From the IMG/VR virus record IMGVR_UViG_3300033463_000008: a stretch of DNA of 64,000 bases. One strand, given 5' to 3'. The position numbers and the translations under genes are program-made. A model generated the notes under the pieces. That model was not told the origin of the DNA. It ran no database searches and saw only the letters and a program-made list of their open reading frames with translations. Numbering within the stretch: position 1 is the first letter of the stretch; every line of letters begins with the position of its first letter. The DNA comes from a virus (Duplodnaviria > Caudoviricetes). Below are positions 21,601 through 27,738 of the stretch, one piece after another.

Positions 21601-22650
21601 CACGAATCTCGTCACCAGCTTGCATCACGGTATGCTAACGACCCGAAGAATTACAGCGCTAGCGGTGTTCGTAGGGCTATGAACGGTCCGATTGGTGCAT
21701 TGGCTCCTGAAGCTGCTAAGACGCCAATGCGTGGCGATATCACGGAAGCCGACATGAGATGGATTGCTCATATTGGTATTCCTGGCATCTCCATGGTAAT
21801 TGACGCCGATGGCGAGGAAACTGACAATATCATCATTGGTAATAACCAGCCGATGAATATCAATACGCCAGTTGCCAGAATGACCATGCGTACGCTCATC
21901 AACAAGGCTGAACAGAAACTCGGTAAGTCTATCTTTGACGATAAGGGCGATATTATCGAGGAGGCATATCCAGTTCTCAGAAGACTTGCCCAAGGCAACG
22001 TTGCTGCTTATGACCCGATCGTTGCTACGGACCGTGCGGTTCCGGTGTTCGTCGGCATCATTCAGAATTCCATGGATTCTTCGACTGGCCGTCCGTGGGC
22101 TGTTCGTGATGACAAGGGTAACTTCGTTCATAAGTTCACCGACGAAAACAAGAACATGTTCTCGGTTACGTTTGGTGTGGACAAGATTAAGAGCATTGTC
22201 AACAGCTTGTTCAACGGCAAGTATAGCGATGCTTCCCAGGAAGAACTCAAGCAGGCAATTGGTGAATTCCTTAGCCGCAAGAAGAGCTCCATCCCGTCGA
22301 ATATGGTGGTGATGGTTGAAAATCGGGTTAAGGGAGATATCAATGGGGTTGCCGAAAGAATTGCCAAGGACTTGGTTGCTGCCGGTGACATTAAGCGTAG
22401 TGATCGTGGTGTTCGGGTTGAGTGGTTGAATCCACCGGAACCGGAGAATCCACCTCCGGTGAGGGCTCGCGGCCCGGTCCGTGGCCCGAGGGCCAATGCC
22501 CCGGCACCGAAACCGGTTGCTGCCCCGGCCCCGGAACCTGTTCCGCCGGTGAACGCCGGTGCCCAGGCACCTAAGAAAGCCAGGGCTCCCAGAAAACCGA
22601 AGGTAACCCCGGCTGCTCCGCCTCCAGCAAGTGAGGAAGAACCTGTATAA
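15631..22650 (+). CDS. giant (2339 aa) hypothetical late protein, candidate virion-internal/ejected protein
   Basis: Uninterrupted 7-kb ORF, late motif, SLFES near the N-terminus, Pro/Ala/Lys-rich C-terminal tail; no recognised catalytic motif. Confidence 0.8.
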   Translation: MSVRSLFESTINDAKQDVAGIRTSLLGLKGLAKVFPEIVSESPFYSIARHNTSMLRFPPTLQSVIYAAFHKNDDPLYYSIIADAVTDDTARLNDGKKHNDASNIAGGRNDPESGRLVPYAIDSNTSMQGDAIAEQRKSRRGGPTLAEARHYVMGVLNNPEKLKNIGKNFGVYLFDLEDHIEGSRTRKAMLEDMTNVMNDARNEYVEGLSSSKRVSADDNGLLRELRPNPDVKISDDEVYAFIACRMSEHYADDVEHEVNGLAGKKFNDWFWSNSPDITEMPDVAKGNDVTIADTVEFVHDWVEGRGATESREYQTGEGRSEYIALKIFNDSVDLTGAPVAPEYLRPMFAQDCAQFTGKRGAKNEISKPNVIGLGYELIADALGMQERLPRVTNTKGEVVRRCDGADLDAIRAQINDFIAELAMDRDRANEVRNAAIAKLKSKLGDANISKLVQNILRQVFQLMPPDFTDTQYPGVAGYGDEILLRKTSVAEGEITSRILKAVKQFPKQYVVVSDDKGSGAVTVKLGDETVTFRQGAGDGAENPDSFIKTTLFPYIDSTTSYATYTEWLGVVPYSRAVDNQLEHLNVESDELNAVRQSEGPEIAQDTLDSMVGARQSASMLTGTTDFYDNPPSKKEIASTLPAADRRLINSCTDGELQAYAIVKSITEYDSKLKLYLHTAIGYNRTSPVDDDTAIATASYRYAFYDVFGNIKNLVSDASYEDLKAQAVEKARMYAAVMYNNPDYDAHAKGPEAIHEKMNEAKDYAREMCFNFTSALKSRDIPSEIASAYNGDANESLNAFRTFLMDLALSGTNFVKGYGYQFLNDINTYTGGKYDTGNRMLVTYDSEENIPLGRLGDANLADMMQRVDSARQAEVEQIAKLASIVKTSSMGSYTKGPRERVIPGARPETNRALLNQVKQMIASIPGVDQARIEEVVDAFKGRGFEQGTLVQVYACVYAALVAIILNGDVAKTITPLLMSLVPDSYTTAVDGLIAKAEEVDSKSGTVSGILLSVENARKNLKLLTSDGKLLEPIYNAFRGNAVGDEAERKAYAKMAASALSVIKNSHDIDSLKQNVAQFFHTEPSKLSQIFDETIPLDDMPESENAVEQQEYGIGEYVAENMPQWTPNGKNYAGLTGYFGFDSVRTGETHKSSAAERPLVDGESAFVGLSQDAMIACADHIQSAREELKELESRAGSAQADALKTEHPLFWADDVIDYIGTNYMEIRLSARLLHSPNGVVLDNASGAEWLKITKNAIDGVKQMCANGKIMLPAAAAIRYEVSNFLDRKMVVGALPVKYDDVMKISTGFAHIILRLGDMTKIVKMPNPLRGLATPNSDIPGAMQDVAAERAFPKEGRDDSVEHQYLNKSDAHELLNQARDSVTDDNLAHELESLYNDFAMDATSGAHRVLNYFVRNAHDVDNKLHRMDTDINVGAAANSTAAMWLGHILRSEATGDRQYTALKKILAEQIKGNAVQFIGDVFELLGLNEPAKYGSRAGMTYAEMGFSNTNTSAKSAKTVAAKNLLTVPKYLDSVVRALRFQIADRLMDNRSFSQLAKEDPALIQKIADTFFNLAGNLDGGKTAAIFAALDPAERNAAHAAFAGKVRDEINTDETIGAAYDSDEFTKELTGAYPTHDVGSKSEIKQLIGDIIEPDGKTNEAKAKNRADAYAKLGDLAGEDAVDFVQSKLGSSAASKIMADGTSVSERDRMSELLSNKIITLFGTDPRGAYDRGTKIDTAIANTSEKLANALHGVLTAREQAAKLLGVHTAEFVAEVGKNSALLSDTGMRSWLSANHVNNLDASNVAELVKLAGLMAVRLNEIKAIEGAGYIDFVESCRITLESRGDNHYTLDGIKDLLGEIRESGAGGWYTRLMKYAANQAQTDAKPGLVGKRRKNSNMGDFERELDTVDNKLVGSVNASNTRSRAVGGNFGESYLNQSNTRTFDAIKNTVRKELMNIPLGADEEEMNQVFQKLKKGTGFEGSIRKFMQELLYGHESRHQLASRYANDPKNYSASGVRRAMNGPIGALAPEAAKTPMRGDITEADMRWIAHIGIPGISMVIDADGEETDNIIIGNNQPMNINTPVARMTMRTLINKAEQKLGKSIFDDKGDIIEEAYPVLRRLAQGNVAAYDPIVATDRAVPVFVGIIQNSMDSSTGRPWAVRDDKGNFVHKFTDENKNMFSVTFGVDKIKSIVNSLFNGKYSDASQEELKQAIGEFLSRKKSSIPSNMVVMVENRVKGDINGVAERIAKDLVAAGDIKRSDRGVRVEWLNPPEPENPPPVRARGPVRGPRANAPAPKPVAAPAPEPVPPVNAGAQAPKKARAPRKPKVTPAAPPPASEEEPV

Positions 22651-22651
22651 C

Positions 22652-22680
22652 AAAAAATCCCGCCAAATGGCGGGATTTTT
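22652..22680. terminator. bidirectional intrinsic terminator
   Basis: AAAAAATCCCGCC-AAAT-GGCGGGATTTTT between convergent genes. Confidence 0.85.
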
Positions 22681-22697
22681 CAGTAGAGGAATAAAAG

Positions 22698-23486
22698 TTA
22701 ATTTTCTTCCACGCTCCACCCACCGGCGGTAGGCATGAAACTTCCGAAGTCATTGCCTTCGTCTTCGCCTTCGTAGGCGCCTTCTTCCCCATCTTCCGGT
22801 GCCGACTGCATGAAAAGCACGTCGGACGGGTTGAAGTCAATCGGGTTCTCGCATTCTTCACCCAGCTTGCTGAAGTCCGGGAGCATTTCGCGGAAGGAGT
22901 CTGCAAGGAGGTCGCTGTATGACGTGAAGCCGTCGGTATTCTTGATCCACTTTTTAAGGATTGCGAGGTCGCTTTCCTTCAGTTCGGCATCGAACGAGAA
23001 GCGGTTTTCTTTCTTCATGTTTGCCATGATTTCGGCTGCCGCTTCGGCAAGGTTGTTTTTGTGTTCGTCTTCTTCAAGCGCCTGGTCAAACTGTTCCTTG
23101 TTGAACTTGTTGTTGACATCGAAGAGAGTAATCTCATTGATAGTCTTCTTCCCTTCGAAGAGAGCTAGGAACTTGGGGTACTTGGGCAACTGTTCGATGC
23201 GATAGTTTTTGCCATTGACTGGCGGGTCTACCTTCACCTTATAGTAGAACACCTTGGTGAACTCGGCAAGTTCATCGCATGCCCCCATCTTACCACGGAG
23301 CACATCGAAGTCGTCGTAGTCGGGCAAAGTGTTTTTGATTACTTCATCGTATGTCGGCATGTCAAGCGTATCGAATGTGAGACACTTCATGGTGACTTCG
23401 CCTTCTTTCGGCTTGCAGTTTTCGTCAATCAGCACTTCGACAACACGCTTGGTTGGCGTGACTGGTTGGGTATTTTCTTCTGCCAT
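22698..23486 (-). CDS. hypothetical protein (paralog of 9366-10847)
   Basis: MPTYDE, PDYDDF, YKV, NGKNY, PKYPKFL, ALEEDE shared with the paralog; acidic tail. Confidence 0.75.
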   Translation of the reverse strand: MAEENTQPVTPTKRVVEVLIDENCKPKEGEVTMKCLTFDTLDMPTYDEVIKNTLPDYDDFDVLRGKMGACDELAEFTKVFYYKVKVDPPVNGKNYRIEQLPKYPKFLALFEGKKTINEITLFDVNNKFNKEQFDQALEEDEHKNNLAEAAAEIMANMKKENRFSFDAELKESDLAILKKWIKNTDGFTSYSDLLADSFREMLPDFSKLGEECENPIDFNPSDVLFMQSAPEDGEEGAYEGEDEGNDFGSFMPTAGGWSVEEN

Positions 23487-23491
23487 ATAAA

Positions 23492-23527
23492 AATCCTCGG
23501 GTTATTTCCGAGGATTAAACTACATTA
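23492..23527 (-). promoter_or_regulatory. RBS-occluding hairpin/terminator adjoining a TAATGTAGTTT promoter-like motif
   Basis: Minus strand TAATGTAGTTT-AATCCTCGG-AAATAAC-CCGAGGATT-TTTATATG; GAGG RBS lies in the 3' arm. Confidence 0.6.
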
Positions 23528-23538
23528 AAGGTGCCTGG

Positions 23539-24051
23539 TTAGTGACGGAATAGCCAATAATCTACACCGGAAACCGCCTTAAAGAGCTTGAGTGCGGTTT
23601 CGCAGTTGGCCGCAGCCGTCGCGATGAGGTTTTCCTTGACTATGTCTGCCGGAGCGCCATTCCCCATGCTTTGACATCCGTCTGCAGCCGAATAGAGGGC
23701 GGTATTGCATTGGCCTTGCTGGGCGCGATTGAAGATATCCATGACCTGATTAGCGATAGGAGTGCCTTCCATCTGTGCACGGACTGCTTCAAGACAGGCA
23801 TTGAAGGATTTGAGGTCGATAGATTCTCCGGTTGCCGGGGCAGCGTTGCTCCCGCCGGAAGTAGCGTAGCTGGCGTCCGCAGCTGCGGCTGCTTCGTTGC
23901 CCGGTATGTCGCTGATTGCACTACCCATAGCAAAACCATAGAAACCGGCTTTCTTCTTCTGTGGGCCGTTGCTTTCGATTGTGTGGGTGATTCCACCAGA
24001 GTTCTTCCCTGCATTGACTACGCTATTGACAAATGTGTCTTTTTTGGCCAT
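23539..24051 (-). CDS. hypothetical late protein, probably head-internal
   Basis: GAGG RBS; TATAAACT at 24071-24078 (-); SFNACLEAV motif. Confidence 0.7.
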   Translation of the reverse strand: MAKKDTFVNSVVNAGKNSGGITHTIESNGPQKKKAGFYGFAMGSAISDIPGNEAAAAADASYATSGGSNAAPATGESIDLKSFNACLEAVRAQMEGTPIANQVMDIFNRAQQGQCNTALYSAADGCQSMGNGAPADIVKENLIATAAANCETALKLFKAVSGVDYWLFRH

Positions 24052-24077
24052 GATGTAACCTCTTGGAGATAGTTTAT

Positions 24078-25343
24078 AGTATAGGGGCGGGAAAACTCAC
24101 CGCCTTTTTAGGCGGCGAGATGAAAGCCTCTTTAATAAACTGTTAAAATGGAGTATATTTGAGATATGTTTCAACGGGCATACAACATCCGGTTATATCC
24201 AAGCCGGCAGCAGGCGGTCTTGCTAGGCAAGACCTTCGGCTGTTGCCGCAAGGTGTACAACTGCATGCTGGATGCCCGTTTGAAGTCGTATGAGGCGACC
24301 GGCACACAGTGTCGGACAAAACCAACCGACTATTATGCCGAGTTTCCGTTTCTAAAAGAAGTTGACAGCAACGCCCTCACAGGCGAAGTCCTCAACCTGA
24401 ACGCGGCATTCAAGAACTTCTTCAAACGGAAGGCCGATGGGGTCGGGCTTCCGAAGTTCAAGGCCAAGCATCGCGACCGCGACTCCTATACCAGTTACCG
24501 GACAAAAGAAAATATCCGAATCGAGAACGGCAGGCTGCGCCTTCCGAAAATCGGGTTTGTCAAGTTCAAGGATTATAAGAATATCGACTGGAACGGGAAG
24601 GATATCAAGCACGCGACTGTAAGCCGGTCGCGTTCGGGAAAGTTCTACGCCTCGATAATGGTCGAGGAGGAAGCGCCGAAGACACTCTCAAAATCCGATT
24701 ATGCCGTAGGCATCGACATAGGAATCAAGGACTTCTGCGTGACGAGCGACGGCGAGGCCGTCGCCAACCCGCGCTATATGAAACAGGCCGAGGACCGCCT
24801 CGCGGTCCTCCAGAAGGCTTTTTCAAAGAAAAATGGCAAGTCAGTTCGACGCGAGGCGCTGCGCAAGCGCATCGCCCGCCTCCACGAGCACATTGCTAGC
24901 CAACGCAAGGATTTTCTCCACAAGCTATCATCCCGACTCATTCGCGAGAACCAAACGATTGCAGTCGAGGACTTGGATGTAAGGCAGGTCGCCGAAGGCG
25001 ATCTTGCCAAGTCCGAGCATGATACCGGGTGGGGAATGTTCCTGAACATGCTGAATTACAAGGCTGAATGGTATGGAAGGACCATCGTCCGTGTCGGACG
25101 ATGGTTCCCTTCCTCGCAAATCTGCCACTGCTGTGGCTTCAGGAACGAAGTTGTTAAAAATTTGAGTGTCCGGGAGTGGAAGTGCCCGCAATGCGGCACT
25201 TCCCACAATAGAGACCTCAATGCCGCCATCAACATCCTTGACGAAGGCAAAAGAATTCTCGCCGCCGGAACGGCGGTCCAAGGCGCGGGCGCTCCTACGG
25301 GGCTAACGCGAAGCGTGCAGCTTTCAAGCTGTGCGTAGTTCAC
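24078..25343 (+). mobile_element. IS200/IS605-family element, tnpB-only (IS1341-like, non-autonomous)
   Basis: TTTAT (24073-24077) 18 nt before left-end hairpin CTCACCGCC-TTTTTA-GGCGGCGAG (24096-24119); right-end hairpin 25314-25335 followed by TAGTTCAC; TTTAT/TCAC is a known TAM/TEM pair in this family; no tnpA. Confidence 0.8.
24166..25338 (+). CDS. tnpB: TnpB RNA-guided endonuclease
   Basis: AYNIRLYP...[12 protein letters not shown]; RuvC-I GIDIG, RuvC-II AVEDL, zinc finger CHCCG/CPQCG, Ruv[13 protein letters not shown]; all three acidic catalytic residues present. Confidence 0.95.
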   Translation: MFQRAYNIRLYPSRQQAVLLGKTFGCCRKVYNCMLDARLKSYEATGTQCRTKPTDYYAEFPFLKEVDSNALTGEVLNLNAAFKNFFKRKADGVGLPKFKAKHRDRDSYTSYRTKENIRIENGRLRLPKIGFVKFKDYKNIDWNGKDIKHATVSRSRSGKFYASIMVEEEAPKTLSKSDYAVGIDIGIKDFCVTSDGEAVANPRYMKQAEDRLAVLQKAFSKKNGKSVRREALRKRIARLHEHIASQRKDFLHKLSSRLIRENQTIAVEDLDVRQVAEGDLAKSEHDTGWGMFLNMLNYKAEWYGRTIVRVGRWFPSSQICHCCGFRNEVVKNLSVREWKCPQCGTSHNRDLNAAINILDEGKRILAAGTAVQGAGAPTGLTRSVQLSSCA

Positions 25344-25359
25344 AATTTGAGAGGAATAC
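25261..25359 (+). ncRNA. putative TnpB omega RNA (about 83-nt scaffold plus flank-derived guide AATTTGAGAGGAATAC)
   Basis: Hairpin 25261-25277 whose loop GAAC can pair with GTTC 25338-25341; hairpins 25291-25303 and 25314-25335; overlaps the tnpB 3' end; 5' boundary is inferred. Confidence 0.6.
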
Positions 25360-25360
25360 C

Positions 25361-26347
25361 ATGAAAGATGTCTATACTGTTATAGGTGTGGCTAGGAAAG
25401 CCAGCGATGAGGAAATTCTTGCCGCATACAAGAAACGGGCGCGCGAATTGCATCCAGACCACGGTGGAAGCCCGGAACAGATGGCTGAGCTTAATGAAGC
25501 GTATGCCAAGATTAAGACGCCGGAGTTGCGTCGGAAATATGATGCCTCACATTCGTTTTCGAGTACAATGGCTACGTGGAGTGCCGCGATGGGAAAGTCA
25601 AGCGTAGCCAAAAATTTTGGCAATGCACCAATTTCGACAGATCCGCGCAAGGTTGACGGCACTGATGCCCCGGTGAATGTGGAAATTTCCATGGAGGCTT
25701 TTGTAAAGGGCGCTCCTATCATGACGGTGCAGTACATGGTCGAGCATGAATGCCTTGAATGTTCGGGTACAGGGGGTGACCATCTGGAAACATGCCCGAA
25801 CTGCCACGGTGAACGTAATGTACGCACGGTAACGAATGAAGGTGACAAGGTTATCAGATGCCCGGTATGTTCCGGTACGGGCATGGTTCCGGTTGGACAA
25901 TGTGTCGTATGTGGCGGAACCGGGGTTTCCGGCAAGCAGGTGAGCCATTCATTCCATTACAAGAAAGGTACCGTCGATATGGTTGTCCCGGGAAAGGGGA
26001 ATGGTGGCCGATACGGGGGCATGAACGGAAATCTTGTATTGGAATTCCACCCAAAGGCGACGAAACATTTGAGCTTTGATGGCGACAAGTTCATTTATTT
26101 CCACCAATTGCCGGTAGAAAGCTTCATTTTGGGAACATCGGTCGAAATAGACTATCCGGGTCCATTGATGGTCAAGAAGATACCGGCTGGAAGTACGTAC
26201 AGTTACAAGGAAACTGTAGAAAATTTCATGGGCCTGCCATATCCATGCGATTTTGTGTTTACCCCCGCCGACGAACCTGCCTCGGATGCCATAAAGGGTA
26301 AGCTGGAAGAAATTTCAAAACTGCGAATGAATATAGTTTCCGACTAA
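25361..26347 (+). CDS. dnaJ: DnaJ-family co-chaperone
   Basis: J domain with LHPD; four CxxCxGxG-type repeats; GKGNGG...GNL C-terminal domain; GAGG RBS. Confidence 0.88.
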   Translation: MKDVYTVIGVARKASDEEILAAYKKRARELHPDHGGSPEQMAELNEAYAKIKTPELRRKYDASHSFSSTMATWSAAMGKSSVAKNFGNAPISTDPRKVDGTDAPVNVEISMEAFVKGAPIMTVQYMVEHECLECSGTGGDHLETCPNCHGERNVRTVTNEGDKVIRCPVCSGTGMVPVGQCVVCGGTGVSGKQVSHSFHYKKGTVDMVVPGKGNGGRYGGMNGNLVLEFHPKATKHLSFDGDKFIYFHQLPVESFILGTSVEIDYPGPLMVKKIPAGSTYSYKETVENFMGLPYPCDFVFTPADEPASDAIKGKLEEISKLRMNIVSD

Positions 26348-26360
26348 GAGGTTTAAGAAT

Positions 26361-26723
26361 ATGAGCAAGAAAATCAGTCTCACGATTGCCGAAAGGTATG
26401 ATATTGTCAAGTACGCCCACCAGATTCCGTCTACCATGGTGACATACTTTGCTTTTCCGGAATTCCTGGAAGTAATCCAGATTACCGATGAAGAAGCTAA
26501 GGAATTCGGCGTGAAAGTCGTTGATGGTGTTGTCGAGTGCAACTGTCCTGACCGCAAGTTTGAATATGATACGGACAGCTTCCCTAAGCCAATCATGGAC
26601 ACTATTTCCCAGTACGTCAAGGATGTGCAGGCAGAGATTGACGAAGAGAAGAAGAATACTCCGGACCACAGCGCATCTCCACTGTACGAAAAGATTGTTG
26701 CATCTCTTTCCAAGATTCTCTAA
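26361..26723 (+). CDS. hypothetical protein
   Basis: GAGG RBS; TATAGTTT upstream; codon usage like other genes here. Confidence 0.7.
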   Translation: MSKKISLTIAERYDIVKYAHQIPSTMVTYFAFPEFLEVIQITDEEAKEFGVKVVDGVVECNCPDRKFEYDTDSFPKPIMDTISQYVKDVQAEIDEEKKNTPDHSASPLYEKIVASLSKIL

Positions 26724-27658
26724 TGGTTTCCGTACCCTGTCAGCTTGGCCTAAGCTCGTGCTTTTCGCAGTATAACGTCATGCTCTCCGATGAGGATGGG
26801 GAGGATGTTGTGCAGCGTTTCAAGGATGAAATCGATGGCCTGATGGGTAGTCCGGAACTGTTTTACATCCCGGTGCCATTCTATGTGGCTACCGGAACGA
26901 TAGGCAGCATCCATGCGGAATTCATGATTGTATTCCTGTATGCCGGCATACCGTTTATCCTCACCTCCCCATATTCCATTGATGGGGCCGGGCTGGGTGA
27001 TGCCGAGGTTACCTATGATGGTGGGCGCCTGGTTGCCCGTATCTTTGGTGAAAACAACCGCCAGGTCTTTTCGTTGGGGTTCATTCCCGACGGTGAGAAT
27101 CCGCTGGAGTATGCAAAGACGTATCTTATGCATAATCCGCCCATTCCATCGCCGGATATTGACATGATGGTAGCCGAGGAACACTTGGTCAATGCCAAGG
27201 TGAATGAAAGAAAGGGTGTGATATCAAAGGACGGTGGAACCCGTCTCGAAATCTACGCGCTTGATACCGACGAAAGCCGGATGATACGCGCCAACAAGGA
27301 TTTTGGTGACGATCCGTACAAGGAGCGGGGGATACCTGCCGGGATGACCGAGGTCATTGCCTATGGCGGCATGCCCGATATCATCTCCTTTGGGAACATC
27401 TGTACTACCGATGGCTCTGTGTTTGAGGTATGGGCACCCAATGCCCCTGGATTGACTCAGGTTGCCAGGTCCATCTTCGACGATGAACTGCTTCCTGTCG
27501 ATTCAATGACACTGGATACTGACGGGGTGGAGGAATGTTATGCCAAGTTCCATAAGAAACTAAGGGAAATGGAAGATGAAATCGTCGATAAGGAAATTGA
27601 GGCGGAAAGTGATGAAGAAACACCGCCTACGATATCCGAAGATGAATATGAAGAATGA
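26723..27658 (+). CDS. hypothetical protein
   Basis: TAATG coupling; 311 aa; acidic tail; followed by a terminator. Confidence 0.7.
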   Translation: MVSVPCQLGLSSCFSQYNVMLSDEDGEDVVQRFKDEIDGLMGSPELFYIPVPFYVATGTIGSIHAEFMIVFLYAGIPFILTSPYSIDGAGLGDAEVTYDGGRLVARIFGENNRQVFSLGFIPDGENPLEYAKTYLMHNPPIPSPDIDMMVAEEHLVNAKVNERKGVISKDGGTRLEIYALDTDESRMIRANKDFGDDPYKERGIPAGMTEVIAYGGMPDIISFGNICTTDGSVFEVWAPNAPGLTQVARSIFDDELLPVDSMTLDTDGVEECYAKFHKKLREMEDEIVDKEIEAESDEETPPTISEDEYEE

Positions 27659-27660
27659 TG

Positions 27661-27687
27661 AAATGCGCTCCACTGGGGCGCATTTTT
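27661..27687 (+). terminator. intrinsic terminator
   Basis: AAATGCGCTCC-ACT-GGGGCGCATTTTT. Confidence 0.75.
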
Positions 27688-27738
27688 GATGAATATTTTA
27701 TAAAACTGTAGCTAAATTGACAATCTGGGAAACTGAAT

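Noticed and set aside
15631-22650. Virion RNA polymerase (N4- or crAss-like) or tape measure protein
   Set aside because: No DxDGD or T7-type catalytic motifs found (DADGE is insufficient) and no tape-measure periodicity or TM segments; cannot be fully excluded without structure prediction
24078-25343. Cas12/CRISPR effector, TldR or IStron
   Set aside because: No array, RuvC triad is intact, IS ends are clear, and there is no room for a group I intron upstream of tnpB
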